Shown here in pieces: positions 23,556 to 36,780 of a stretch of DNA of 64,000 bases (within the stretch, counting starts at the first letter, position 1; the number at the start of each line of letters is the position of its first letter). The position numbers and the translations under genes were made by a program. Source of the DNA: Squalus acanthias (lineage: Eukaryota); the NCBI GenBank assembly GCA_030390025.1, contig CM059432.1, forward strand, positions 144,212,001 through 144,276,000. Direction: 5' to 3'. Below the pieces are notes generated by a model. The model did not search any database. It saw only the letters and a list, made by a program, of their open reading frames with translations, and was not told the DNA's origin.

Positions 23556-23905
23556 CATGAGGGGTTTTGATAGAGTAGATAGGGAAAAACCGTTTCCAGT
23601 GGAGGGAGGGTGGGTAACCAGAATACACAGATTTAAGATAAATGGCAAAAAAGCCAAGGGGGAGATGAGGAGCAATTTTTTTATGCAGCGAGTTGTTGTG
23701 ATCTGGAATGCACTGCCTGAAAGGGTGGTGGAAACAAATTCAATAGTAACTTTCAAAAGGGAATTGGCTATATACTTGAAAAGGAAAGATTTGCAGGGCT
23801 CCGAGAAAGAGCAGGGGGTAGTGGGGCTAATTGGAGAGCTCTACCAAAGAGCCGGCATAGGCACTAAGGGGCAAATAGCCTTATGTGCTGTATCATTCTA
23901 TATTG
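23556..23905 (+). mobile_element. CR1 3' fragment
   Basis: MRGFDRVDREK.FP..NFFMQRVVVIWNALPERVV. Confidence 0.9.
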
Positions 23906-24004
23906 TATGGGAGGAAGTCAGTTTTTAAGCGATGTTCTTGACACATTTGTTTGTCATGGTCTGAACGACACCACATTACGGCCCTTCTTGTTGTTGCTTG
24001 TCAT

Positions 24005-25096
24005 CGCACCAATGCAGGTGAGGCTGTGGATTGCACCAACGCAGGTGAGGCTGTGCATGGCACCAATGCAGGTGAGGCTGTGAATTGCACCAACACAGGT
24101 GAGGTTATGCATCACACCAATGCAGGTGTGGCTGTGCATTGCACCAATGCAGGTATGGCTGTGCATGGCACCAATGCAGGTGATGTTGTGCATTGCACCA
24201 ACACAGGTGAGGCTGTGCTTTGCACCAATGCAGGTGTGGCTGTGCATTACACCAACGCAGGTGAGTCTGTGAATTGCACCAATGCAGGTGAAGCTGTGTA
24301 TTGCACAAATGCAGGTGTGGCTGTGAATTGCACCAATACAGGTGTGGCTGTGAATTGCACCAATGCAGGTGTGGCTGTGCATTGCACCAATACAGGTGTG
24401 GCTGTGAATTGCACCAATGCAGGTGTGGCTGTGCATTGCACAAATGCAGGTGTGGCTGTGAATTGCATCAATACAGGTGTGGCTGTGAATTGCACCAATG
24501 CAGGTGTGGCTGTGCATTGCACCAATACAGGTGTGGCTGTGAATTGCACCAATGCAGGTGAGGCTGTGCATTGCACCAATACAGGTGTGGCTGTGAATTG
24601 CACCAATGCAGGTGAGGCTGTGCATTGCACCAATACAGGTGTGGCTGTGAATTGCACCAATGCAGGTGAGGCTGTGCATTGCACCAATACAGGTGTGGCT
24701 GTGAATTGCACCAATGCAGGTGTGGCTGTGCATTGAACCAATACAGGTGTGGCTGTGAATTGCACCAATGCAGGTGTGGCTGTGCATTGAACCAATACAG
24801 GTGTGGCTGTGAATTGCACCAATGCAGGTGAGGCTGTGCATTGCACCAATACAGGTGTGGCTGTGAATTGCACCAATGCAGGTGTGGCTGTGCATTGAAC
24901 CAATACAGGTGTGGCTGTGAATTGCACCAATGCAGGTGTGGCTGTGCATTGCACCAATGCAGGTGAGTCTGTGAATTGCACCAACGCAGGTGTGGCTGTG
25001 AATTGCACCAACGCAGGTGTGGCTGTGAATTGCACCAACGCAGGTGTGGCTGTGAATTGCACCAACGCAGGTGTGGCTGTGCATTGCACCAACGCA
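24005..25096. repeat. 27-bp minisatellite TGCACCAATGCAGGTGTGGCTGTG(A/C)AT, ~40 copies, with a 54-bp dimer structure
   Basis: Direct tandem repeats with alternating variants. Confidence 0.97.
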
Positions 25097-26289
25097 ACCC
25101 CATTTTTTGCTATGAGGATTACTTTGTTTTTTCTCATCTACCTTCTTCTGGCTAATATTTATCCCTTAAGCAACATCACTGAAACAGATTATCTGGTCAT
25201 TTGTCGCATTGCTGTTTGTGGGAGTTTGCTGTGCGCATATTGACATTTCCTACATTACATTGGGCTGTTGTCATCCAGGGAATATACTGCTAGTCGATCA
25301 GCTTGCCACTCAATTCTTTGTTTAAGGATTTGACTGTAACCCAGTAATCCAATCTGCTCAGACACTGATACACTATTTATCTGAAACGGAATGTGTCCCC
25401 CTACTGATCAGTTCACTGGATGTAGTGGGACACCTCTGAGGTGAACCTGGATACAGTAAAACCTTCAAACACAGGTGAGGCTGTGCATTGCACCAACACA
25501 GGTGAGGCTGTGCATTGTACCAACACGGCTCCAATTTTTGCTACGAGGTTCACTTTGTTTATTCTCATCTACCTCCTTCTGGCCAATATTTATCCCTTAA
25601 GCAACATCACTGAAACAGATTATCTGGTCATTTGTCTCATTGCTGTTCATGGGCGCTTGCTGTGCGCAAATTGGCTGCTGCGTTTCCTACATTACAACAG
25701 TGACTACACTCCAAAAGTACTTTATTGGTTGTAAAGCACTTTGGGACGTCCTGAGGCTGTGAAAGGCGCTGTATAAATGCGAATTCTTTCTTTCTACCCC
25801 AATGAAGATAATTGTTGAGGAGCAGCCTCGGTCCCAGTCACAGTGGTTTACTCCCCAGAAAACGACTGCATTGAGGGTTCAGAATGTTCCTTTGATCTCC
25901 CAGTAGACATCTGGCATTGGAAGATCAAAGGCGGCGTTGTAATCTACCCAGCTCTGGTGCTGCTGCTAGAGTCATTCCTGCTGCTGCTCAGAGATCACAG
26001 CACCTATACTCCCCAATCTGCTTCTTCCATCTTTTGAATTTGCTTGGTTTTAAAAAAATAGATGGAAATGCCGACTATTTCCACATATCTGCCTCTCTGC
26101 TGCTTTAATTCCAATTCACGGTTTTCATTTTATCTCTCTGCTTTTATTCTGCTCACGTGTTATTATCTATTGCTCAGATTATGAGCTAGTTTCTCGTTTT
26201 GCTGTTTCCATCTCCTGCCTCCGTTCCGCCTCCCCTTCCTCCTGCTCCCTGTTTTATCGCAACCTTGGTGTCATATGTGACCCTGAAAT

Positions 26290-26930
26290 GAGCTTCCGAC
26301 CACATATCCGCAGCATAACTAAGACCGCCTACTTCCACCTCCGTAACATCGCCCCGTCTCCGCCCCTGCCTCAGCTCATCCGCTGCTGAAACCCTCATCC
26401 ATGCCTTTGTTACCTCTAGACATGACTATTCCAATGCACTCCTGGCTGGCCTCCCACGTTTCACCCTACGTAAACTTGAGGTCATCCAAAACTCGGCTGC
26501 CCGTGTCCTAACTCGCACCAAGTCCCTTTCACCCATCCTTGTTTTCAAATCCCTCCATGGCCTCACCCCTCCCTATCTCTGTAATCTCCTTCAGCCCCAC
26601 AACCCCCCGAGATATCTGCGCTCCTCTAATTCTGCCCTCTTGGTGATCCCTGATTATAATCGCTCAACCTTTGGCGGCCGTGCCTTCAGATGCCTGGGCC
26701 CTAAGCTCTGGAATTCCCTGCCTAAACCTCTCTGCCTCGCTACCTCTCTTTCCTCCTTTAAGACGCTCCTTAAAACCTACCTCTTTGACCAAGCTTTCGA
26801 TCACCTGTCATAATTTCTTCTTATGTGGATCGATGTCAAATTTTTTGTCTTATAATATTCCTGTGAAGCGCCTTGGGACGTTTTACTACGTTAAAGGCGC
26901 TATATAAATACAAATTGTTGTTGTTGTTAT
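26290..26930 (+). mobile_element. L2-clade LINE 3' fragment
   Basis: HIRSITKTAYFHLRNIA..ETLIHAFVTSR.DYSNALLAGLP..L.VIQNSAARVL; ends AAAGGCGCTATATAAATACAAA(TTG)n. Confidence 0.88.
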
Positions 26931-27329
26931 CTTTGCACCATTTCTTTTCTGGAATTGGGTTTTGGGATGATTCTTTTGTTGCAATCTGTCCCAATTTTGG
27001 TTGGTCAATAATTTTCTTTCTCCCGCACACTAGCTGAATCAGCCAAATTAACAAATGATTGGGGGAGAAATCAGCCTCGTCTTCAACCAGGAAAAAGGTC
27101 TTCCATCTTATTTGGATTTTAAATCCAGTCAGACTAGTTTTAAATCTGGAGCACAGCTGATCAGAAAATACTTGTTCCTGAAAAATCAAATGTTACATTT
27201 ATTTAATGAATAACCATTCAATGACACGAATCCCCATTACAACTATTGTTATCCATTTAAACCAATGGCTCTGGTCTGGATGACATTTCAAATGCCTGAA
27301 ATGTTAATATATTGCATTAGCTGGAAAGA

Positions 27330-27780
27330 TCTCGCCTCTGAGTCAGAAGGTCGTGGGTTCAAGCCCCACTCCAGAGACTTGATCCCATAAACCAGGCTGG
27401 CACTCCAAAGCAATACTCAGGTAATGCTGCACTGTCGGAGGTGCCGTCTTTTAGGTGAGATGTTAAACTGAGGCCCTGTCTGCCTGCTGAGATGGATGTT
27501 AAAGATCCCGTGGTTCTGTTTGATCCGGTGACACCTGGTCATTTGAGGACTGGCACCCAAAAAAATGACCATGAAGGCGGCCGGATTGTTATAAAAACCC
27601 AACTGGGTCACTCATGTCCTTCGGTGAAGGGAACCTGCTGCCCTGACCCTGTCTGGCCTACACGTGACTCCAGTCCCCACACTATGCGGTTGACTCTATG
27701 TGCCCTGTGAAGTGGCCCAGCACGCAACTTTGCTGAACAAGAATGTTCATCACAGCTTCTCAGGGCAACAAGGAGATGGT
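27330..27780 (+). mobile_element. DeuSINE 5' part joined to a second SINE-like element
   Basis: B box GGTTCAAGCCCC, then sequence matching the antisense element at 30306-30927. Confidence 0.6.
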
Positions 27781-27789
27781 GGAAGTGAG

Positions 27790-28600
27790 ACTGCAGGTGT
27801 ACCAGAGGAGGATTTGGAACTGATAGAGCTAACTGGAGACAAGGAACTAATTCTGGAAAATAAAAATCAGAATTCAAGGTGGATCAGTCACTGGCTCTGA
27901 TGGCGGTATCCTGGGCTGTTGAAGGTAGGCGGAGAGGAGACAGCAGAGGCTCTGGCCACAGTTTTTCAATTATCCTTAAATTTACAAATTGTGCTGCGGG
28001 GCTGGAGATTAACCAATGTAACACCCTTGTTCAAGAAGGGAGGGGAGGATAAACCAGGTAACTATCAACCATCTAACTGTCTAACGTCAGTTGTGAGCAA
28101 CCTCCTACACTCCATAATTTCAGGTAAAATTAATGAGAATTTAGAAATGCACGGGTTAATCAAGGGCAGCAAGCATGGATTTGTTAAAGGCAAGTCATGC
28201 TTGACAAATTTAAGTTTGTTTTTTTGAAATGACCAGTTAGATAGATAAAGGGAAGGCAGTAGATGAGCTTCTATACCCATTTTCAGAAGGCATTCGATAA
28301 GCTGTCCCACAAGAGGCTTGTTATTAAAGTTTAGGTGTATGGTATCAGAGGAAATGTAGCAGAGCGGATAGAAAGTTGGTTGACAGACAGAAAACGAAGG
28401 GCTAGAGTAAATGGGTGTTGGGATTGGGGTTTAAGTGGCAGTGGTATACCCCATGGTCAGTACTGGGCCATCTTTTGTTCTCAGTATATTGATGATTTAG
28501 ACTTGGACGTAGGGAACGCAATCTCAAAATTTGCTGATGACACAAAAGTGGAAGGTTCAGTAAACAATGAGGAGGGGTGTGGAAGACAAGCTGATGTGTC
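27790..28600 (+). mobile_element. Degenerate CR1 RT fragment
   Basis: NVTPLFKKGG..KPGNY, HGFVKGKSCLTNL, ISKFADDTK. Confidence 0.85.
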
Positions 28601-29469
28601 ATTTCACACCTGTGCCTTTTAGTGTGATAGTGGAGTAAACGCAACGAGTTAGTTAGCACTCCTGGCAGATTTCGGGAAACCAGGTACAGGATTTGTGACC
28701 CACAGGAATTTCTGCCCCTTGAAATGAATAACCTATTTCCTGCACTGCCCGCCAAAATCCCGATAGGCGCTCCTGTTGCTCGGAGCTCTGTGCTAGGAGT
28801 ACTAAGTTGTAAAATTTAGTCCAGCGTCCATATAGCGGGAAGCTTTTCCACCGTGATCGCCCTTTACAGTAAAATAATGTCATTCATTTCCTCAGCACAG
28901 CCTTCTCCCAATTTTTACCCACCCTCTCTGAATCACTCGCTAACGCCTAACTCTGAGATGGCACTGAATTGAATTGGGGACACTGTTGTCTCTCTTGCAG
29001 ACTGTACAACTCTTGGAAGAGGTGAGAAGCAGCTTTGAAGGGCTGGCTGGTTGTTTCAGCCACCTTGACGCCTCGGCTATCTAATTCTGTCATCAGCTCC
29101 CTGGTTGTAAGTACAGTAGCTCTTGCAGCAATCGTTTGTTTCTTTAACTCCCCTTTTCATAGACAGTGGCTTAGAGAGGCCTTATCCAACTATTATTTCG
29201 GCCACCCAACTTGAACAAAGTGTGAATGGATGATGAAGCGGAGATAGTCTCTGAGCTCGGTGGCATTTACGCAGCTACAGATTCTATCAATGGCCCTTTT
29301 CTCAATTTTCTATTTCTGCCTTTTCATGTGTTCATCATTTCATCCAGTTCGTCACCTTCTTTTCCCTTGTTATTAAAAAAAAGACACGTGTTTTTACAGC
29401 GCCTTTCACAATCTCAGAAAGTCCCAAAGTGCTTTACTGCCAAAGAAGTACTTTTGAAGTGTCGTCACT

Positions 29470-29820
29470 GCCTCTGAGTCAGAAGGTCGTGGGTTCAAGT
29501 CCCACTCCAGAGACTTGAGCACATACTCCAGGCTGACACTCCCAGGGCAGTACTGAGGGAGTGCTGCACTGTCGGAGGTGCCGTCTTACGAATGAGACGT
29601 TAAACCGATGCCCTGTCTGCCCTCTCAGGTGGACGTAAAAGATCCCACAGCCACTATTTCAAAGAGCAGGGGGAGTCTTAGGGCCAATGTTTATCACTCA
29701 AACGACAGAACAAAAACAGATGATCTGGTCATTATCACATTGCTATTTGTGGGATCTTGCTGTGCACAAAAGTGACTGCCGCGTTTCCTACATTACAACA
29801 GCGACTACGTTTCAAAGGTA
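29470..29820 (+). mobile_element. DeuSINE copy
   Basis: Collinear with 14660-15020. Confidence 0.85.
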
Positions 29821-30305
29821 CTAGCATTACTAACTCTCCCCGCCCAGCAGAAACCGGGCAAGGGGGGTCAGTTAAAACGGAGTGGGGTCTTTACGCACTG
29901 GCCTCTACAGGAGCCGCCTGAAGCCGGTGGGGTCCTTATTTAAATACACGGATCAGGACCCGGGGGGCCAGAGGAGGCCCAGAATGGTGAGCTTCTCTGT
30001 TGGCCAGGAGTTTTCCACCGGGCTCCACGAAGAAACCTTGGGCCTCCCCCTGAGCCGGGCTTCGATCCCCCTTAGCCCCCGCCCAACCTTAGCGCCTGTG
30101 ACCGTTCAATGGGGTCGCTGGCACGGGGCCTCCGCCCCTGACGCTGCTCTCCCAACCGGGTATGCACAGGCGACTGATGTGCAGATGAGGCCCTGGAGAT
30201 TTAAATCTCCCAGGGTCTCACCCTTGCGGAGTCAGGCTGCTTCCTACCCGCCTCACCCTCTTCCCCACCCCGATCCCACCATTCCTTAAAATCACCCCCC
30301 TACTA

Positions 30306-30927
30306 TTCATTCTCAGGTTGTGGGCGTCACTGGCAAGGCCAGCACTTATTGCCCATCCCTAGTCGCCCTCAGAGGGTGGTGATGAGCCTTCTTCTCGAAC
30401 CGCTGGTAGCAGTTTTAATATAACAGAGGGACTTGATAGGCCACTTCAGAGGGCAGTTAAGAGTCAACCACAGAGCCTCGATTTTAAAATTCTCATCCTT
30501 CTTTTCAAATCCCTCCATGGCCTCGCCCCCTCCCTATCTCGGTACCTCCTCCAGCCCTACAACCCTCCGAGATCTCGGCGCTCCTCCAATTGTGGTCTTT
30601 TGCGCATCCCTGATTTCCATCGCTCCACCATTGGCGGCCGTGCCTTCAGCTGCCTGGGCCCCAAGCTCTGGAATTCCCTCCCTAAACCTCTCCGCCTCTC
30701 TCTCCTCCTTTAAGACGCTCCTTAAAAACCTACCTCTTTCCTAATATCTCTTTATGTGGCTCGGTGTCAAATTTTGTTTGCTAACGCTCCTGTGAAGCGC
30801 CTTGGGAAGTTTTACTACGTTAAAGGCGCTGTATAAAAACAAATTGTTGTTGTTGTTGTGTGGGACTGGAGTCACATATAGGCCCAGACCAGGTAAGGAT
30901 GGCAGGCTTCCTTCCCTAAAGGACATT
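30306..30927 (-). mobile_element. SINE-like element interrupted by an L2 3' fragment (+, 30471-30860)
   Basis: The L2 piece matches 26540-26930; the two flanks join into sequence matching 27600-27780. Confidence 0.7.
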
Positions 30928-32654
30928 GCGTCTCCCTAGTTTTGCTCTGTGTACTCTCACCAATGGAGTTTGGATGTTATCAGAGTGTCGGAATAGTTTC
31001 CTAGTCCCAGTGCATTAGTACACACTGTTGTTGCTGAATTATTGCCATGTTAATGACTGTATCTGTACTAATGTTAATACAGCTGTTTCACAGTTGAACT
31101 CTACAATTCCTTCCAGCCACTGCCCCTGATAATGTCGTTTGCCGCTCACTGTCTAGATGGGAAACATTAAAGAAACATTGTCCCTGTCTAAACATTGCAC
31201 GGCCAATGGTTTTCCCGTTTCTCCATCAAACCTCCGATACTGGTGGCGTTGATCGAATCGACATGTGGCAGAGAGCCAGACACGGACAGCCTTCTTCAAA
31301 GAGATTTGCCGTGAATATTATCACATAGGTAATGTGGCCACGAGATTCCACTGGAGCCCCTCAACATGGACCCCCACCTGGGTCTGCGAGGTCAGTGGTG
31401 GGGGGGACGGACCTCATTTGCATGGGGCGGGCGGATAAAAGTGACATTTTGGTGCCTGCCGCAAGGCAGCAGAGTCTTCTCCTGCTGCCCCCCACCATGG
31501 ATGTGGTTGCCAACCACCCTTCCCCACCCTCAACCCCCACCAATGTTTCAATTAGCCCCCCCCAACCAGACATGGGGAACACACTGGTGGGGCACAACCA
31601 AACGCCTCTTCTGACTTGGCTAAGGAAGTCCCCAAACCTGCCCCTACATCTGTTGCTAACCCTAGCCCCATAGTTCACCCCGACCCCTGGCCCCAACCCT
31701 GGACCCATCCTCTGGTCCTGACCCCTGGCCCCACCATCCTTGACCCATGGCCCCACCCCTGACCTCATCCTTGACCTCTGATGCCCCCATCTGAATAAAT
31801 ATCTCCAGCCTTTAGAACAGAACATCATCTTACTTGGCCACGTAATATTTTTCAGCCGTTTTTAATACACTGTTATTTTTAAGACAACATTAATGATGTT
31901 GAAATAATTTATTCGGCAAGGTTTCACTGCGAGCTACATATACCAAGGCCTATAGAAGGCTTTGATTTACAGCCAGCCTCTAGGTGCGTGATGTCATTAT
32001 TGGACGAGTTTCCTGGAAAATATAGTGAAATGTCACGAGATTAAATAACCGGTGTCATAGCAACACAGGAGCTGAGTAGCCAGCCAGGGAGAGACTGTGT
32101 CACAGTAACAGAGAAAAAAAAATAAACATGGGGCAACACTGCAAATGTTGACAAGGTTACAATCTCCTGTAACTGCTGTGTTTGAATCACTGGCCATGGG
32201 CATTTTGCTATTTTATCTGACGTGTTTTGAAGGGGTTCTGATTCCTTCACAATGCAAACTGTTTTTCTACCACAGCTTTGGGTTCTTTGGGCTCCAGGGT
32301 TGGAAACCACGAGGCCGCACTAATCTGGAATGGCCAGTGCGTGAATGGCTCCCGACCTGCAAATTCAACCGTTGTTGACAAATTACTCGATTCAGATCTA
32401 GGGACCAAAAAACGGCTGCATCGACTGACACCACTATCCCCGGCCAGAATGATGATTGGGTAATTCCCCCGTCAATTACGACTGGAGACCTCACTGCTGT
32501 AAGTGTCTGGGATTGATTTTACACACATCTTTCGTATTATGTAACTATCCTCCACTCACTGCATTTTGCTGGAGAAATCACCCTGCTTTTATTGAGAGAC
32601 TTTGCTGTAGTTTCGGTCACGAGTTCTGATTGCTGTATTTCGTAGAAAATCTTT

Positions 32655-32800
32655 TTAAATAGACTCTGTAGACTGTTTGCTGTAGTGCACTGTTTCAATA
32701 GACTCTGTTTGATGCTTAAATAGACTCTGTTTGCTGTTTAAGTAGACTCTGTTTGCTGTTTAAATAGACCCTGTTTGCTGTTTAAATAGGCTCTGATTGA
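32655..32800. repeat. Short tandem repeat, ~22-bp unit AAATAGACTCTGTTTGCTGTTT
   Basis: 5-6 degenerate copies. Confidence 0.8.
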
Positions 32801-32928
32801 GTCCTGCTGTAAGTCCTACCCGCATTCAACTCATTGGCTGACACAGTGGTGTTGCTCGACACTCTGCAAAAAACAGCCTCTGTATTCAGTTCCGCTCGAA
32901 CAGAGAGTCATATCATCAAGGTCCCATT

Positions 32929-35191
32929 TTAGAGGGGAACTTGGAGGTAGTGGTGTTCCCATGCGCCTGCTGCCCTTGTCCTTCTAGGTGGTAGAGGTAA
33001 CGGGTTTGGAAGGTGCTGCCGAAGAAGCCTTGGCGAGTTGCTGCAGTGCATCTTGTAGATGGTACACACTGCAGCCACAGTACGCCAATAGTGGAGGGAG
33101 TGAATGTTTAAGGTGGTGGATGGGGTGCCAATCAAGCGGGCTGCTTTGTCCTGGATGGTGTCAAGCTTCTTGAGTGCTGTTGGAGCTGCACTCATCCAGG
33201 CAAGTGGAGGGTATTCCATCACACTCCTTACTTGTGCCTTGTAGATGGTGGAAAGGCTTTGGGGAGTCATGAGGTGAGACACTCGCTGCAGAATACCTGC
33301 TCTTGTTGCCACAGTATTTATGTGGCTGGTGCAGTTAAGTTTCTGGTCAATGGTGACCCCAGGATGTTGACGGTGGGGGATTCAGCGATGGTAATGCTGT
33401 TGAATGTCAAGGGGCAGTGGTTAGACTCTCGCTTGTTGGAGATAGTAATTGCCTGGCACTTTTGTGGCACGAATGTTACTTGCCACTTATCAGCCCAAGA
33501 CTGAATGTCATCCACGTCTTGCTGCATGCGGGCATGGACTGCCTCATTATCTGAGGAGTTGCGAATGGAACTGAACACTGTGCAATTATCAGCGAACATC
33601 CCCACTTCTGATCTTATGATGGAGGGAAGGTCATTGATGAAGCAGCTGAAGATGGTTGTGCCCAGGACACTGCCCTGCGGAACTCCTGCAACGATGTCCT
33701 GGGGCTGTGATGATTGTCCTCCAACAACTACAACCATCTTCCTTTGTGCTAGGTATGACTCCAGCCAGTGGAGAGTTTTCCGCCTGATTCCTATTGACTT
33801 CAATTTTACTTGGGCTCCTTGATGCCACACTCTGTCAAATGCTGTCTTGATGTCAAGGGCAGTCACTCTCACCTCACCTCTGGAATTCAGCTCTTTTGAC
33901 CATGTTTGAACCAAGGCTGTAATGAGTCTGGAGCTGAGTGGTCCTGGCGGAACCCAAACTGAGCATTGGTGAGCAGGTTATTGGTGAGTAAGTGCCACTT
34001 GATAGCACTGTCAACAACACCTTCCACCACTTTGCTGATGATTGAGAGTAGATTGATGGGCCGGTAATTGGTCAGATTGGATTTGACCTGCTTTTTGTGG
34101 ACAGGACATACCTGGGCAGTTTTCCACATTGTCGGGTAGATGCCAGTGTTGTAGCTGTACTGGAACAGCTTGGCTAGAGGCGCGGCTGGTTCTGGACCAC
34201 AAGTCTTCAGCACGATAGCCGGGATGTTGTCGGGGCCCATAGCCTTTGCTGTATCCAGTGCGCTCAGCCGTTTCTTGATAACACGTGGAGTGAATCGAAT
34301 TGGCTGAAGACTGGCTTCCGTGATGGTGGGGACCTGAGGAGGAGGCTGATATGGATCATCCACTCGGCACTTCTGGCTGAAGATGGTTGCAAATGCTTCA
34401 GCCTTGTCTTTTGCACTCACGTGCTGGGCTCCGTCATCATTGAGGATGGGGATATTCATGGAGCAGCCTCCTCCTGTTAGTTGTTTAATTGTCCACCACC
34501 ATTCACGACTGGATGTGGTAGGACTGCAGAGCTTTGATCTGATCCATTGATTGTGGGATCACTTAACTCTGTCTATAGCATGCTACTTCCGCTGTTTAGC
34601 ATGCATGTAGTCCAGCTTCCCCAGGTTGGCACCTCATTTTTAGGTACGCCTGGTGTTGCTCCTGGCATGCTCTTCTGCACTCCTCATTGAACCAGGGTTG
34701 ATCCCTTGGCTTGATGGTAATGGTAGAGTGAGGGATATGCCCAGTTTTGAGCTGCTAGATCTGTACTGAATATATCCCATTTAGCATGGTGGTAGTGCCA
34801 CACATGATGGAGAGTGTCCTCAGTGTGAAGCCGGGATTTCGTCTCCACAAGGACTGTGCGGTGGTCACTGCTACCAATACTGTCATGGACAGAGGCATCT
34901 GTGACAGGTAGACTGGCGAGGACGAGGTCAAGTAGTGTATTCCCTCGTGTTGGTTCTCTCACCACCTGCCGCAGTCCTAGTCTGGCAGCTATGTCCTTCA
35001 GGACTCGGCCAGCTCGGTCTGTAGTGGTGCTACCGAGCCACTCTTGGTGATGGACATTGAAGTCCCCCACCCAGAGTACATTCTGTGCCCTTGCTACCCT
35101 CAGTGCTTCTTCCAAGTGGTGTTCAACATGGAGGAGTACTGATTCATCAGCTGAGGGAGGGCGGTAGGTGGTAATCAGCAGGAGGTTTCCT
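32929..35191 (-). mobile_element. Degenerate CR1-group LINE (second family), APE plus RT
   Basis: WVGDFNVHH, LLDLVL, GSSDH (APE); GPDNIP, NYRPINLLSIISK, QFGFR, ALDIKTAFDRVWH, GVPQGSVLG, MFADN (RT). Confidence 0.92.
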
Positions 35192-35449
35192 TGATATTAT
35201 CGGGAGCAAGTGGCCGGGTGGGGATACGGAGCCCACGTGACTGAGTTAATGTCAGTAGAGTCAGTGGTGGAGTGGAGCGTGTGGTGAAGGATGTTCAATC
35301 ATTAGGTTATTTAACTGTGAATGTGAATTTCAGCTTCTCACACACCAGGCACACAAACCCTTCCATACAGCTCCCTGGTGACATTCCTTTATTTGTAGCC
35401 AAACTGGCGAGATTCAAACAGCTCGCCCCCTAACTTCAACAGATTTCAC

Positions 35450-35920
35450 CACTCCCTCCCCTCTCACTCCTCCCTCCCCCCCCTTCCCCTCCACCAGCTT
35501 CAGTCTCCTCTCTCCTCTCCTCCACTCCCTCTCTTCCCTCCCCTCCCAAGAGATCCAGGACTGTAGGAGGGAGGCACAGCTCACCAACCCCTTCTCACTG
35601 AGAGTTCACCTCCCTCCTTCCCTCTGCTGAGCCCCTCCCCTCTCTTCCTCTGCTCCCTTCCTCCCCTCCCCTCAACCCTCCTCCATCCCCTCCTCGCCCT
35701 TCCCTCCACCTCTCCTCTTCCTCCCCTCCTCCCCCTCCGCTCCTCCCCTCCTTCTCTCCCTCCTACCCTCCCCTCCCACCTCTCCTCTCAACCCTCCTCC
35801 CTTGCCCTTCCCTCCACCTCTCCTCTTCCTCCCCTCCCCCGCATTCTCCCCTTCCTGCATTCTCTCCTCCCCCCACGTTCTCCCTTTTTCATGTTCTCCC
35901 CTTGCCCCCCCCCGCCCCCG
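35450..35920. repeat. Pyrimidine-rich (CT) low-complexity tract
   Basis: Almost exclusively C/T, with short internal duplications. Confidence 0.8.
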
Positions 35921-36619
35921 CCACACACTTACCCCTGCTTAGGTCCAATTTGCCCTCTGTAATTCGGTTTCATCTGAATATTACGCTTGTCTTCACTCTT
36001 CATGTGCAAAGTCGTGGAACATCAACTAGTACAAAGAATATGAGAAAGCCCTCACTTTGGCAACATGTCACTCAACATGTTTGTTATTTCAGTAATCTTG
36101 CTTCACCCTTAGCTGGTTTGTTTAAAAACGAGGAACTGTCATGATGTCACCAGAAAGCTGTCATTCCTTCATCCAAGTCAAACAAATGAGATCATTCCCA
36201 GTTCTCCTGTTCTTCAGATCCCATCAGCAGTGTCTGCGTATGATGCCAGGGCGCTGGTTCCCAATACGAAGCTGCAACCACTTCTCCTGAGCTCAATGCC
36301 AGTTATCCAGCACTGACGAGGTTCGTACTGCTGTCCTGCTGACTGAAGATGCGGTGCTGTGTGTTAGGGAACTGTGGGCGGGTGAAGGCCGGGCAAGAGC
36401 CAGGAGCCACCCGCTTGGTAGGGTCTGTGCCACAGAGAGGCCAGCTATCCATTCCAGCAATTGCAAGCTGCAACCCCTGGCTGCGGCATCAGGTCTTTTA
36501 ATTGTCTTCTCTTGGTTTGTCTCACAACTAAAGCGAAGACAAATGCAGCTGTCACTCCAGATGTTGGATTGCGAGCTAACGTCACCGGACTGTCACTTCA
36601 CCATCCCCTCTGTGTGTAA

Positions 36620-36780
36620 CTACGGCAACACTTCACCACGGCGACACTTCACCGTGGCGACATTTGCCACGGCGGCACCGCACCACGGCGACACCTCACT
36701 ACGGCGACACTGCTCCACGGCAATGCATCGCCACGGCAACACATCACCAAGGCGACACTGCGCCACGGCGACACTGCCGC
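36620..36780. repeat. CpG-rich ~16-bp tandem repeat (CACCACGGCGACACTN), ~10 copies
   Basis: Degenerate direct repeats. Confidence 0.8.

Noticed and set aside
22436-25096. Tandem arrays as possible CRISPR arrays
   Set aside because: Units are contiguous with no unique spacers, there are no cas genes, and the context is eukaryotic
23951-25243. Cys/His-rich repeat proteins (VAVNCTNAG, HSHTCIGA)
   Set aside because: Translations of a 27-bp minisatellite with no splice or start context; the + frame has internal stops
36314-36345. CTGACGAG as another hammerhead core
   Set aside because: No stem II or GAAA follows
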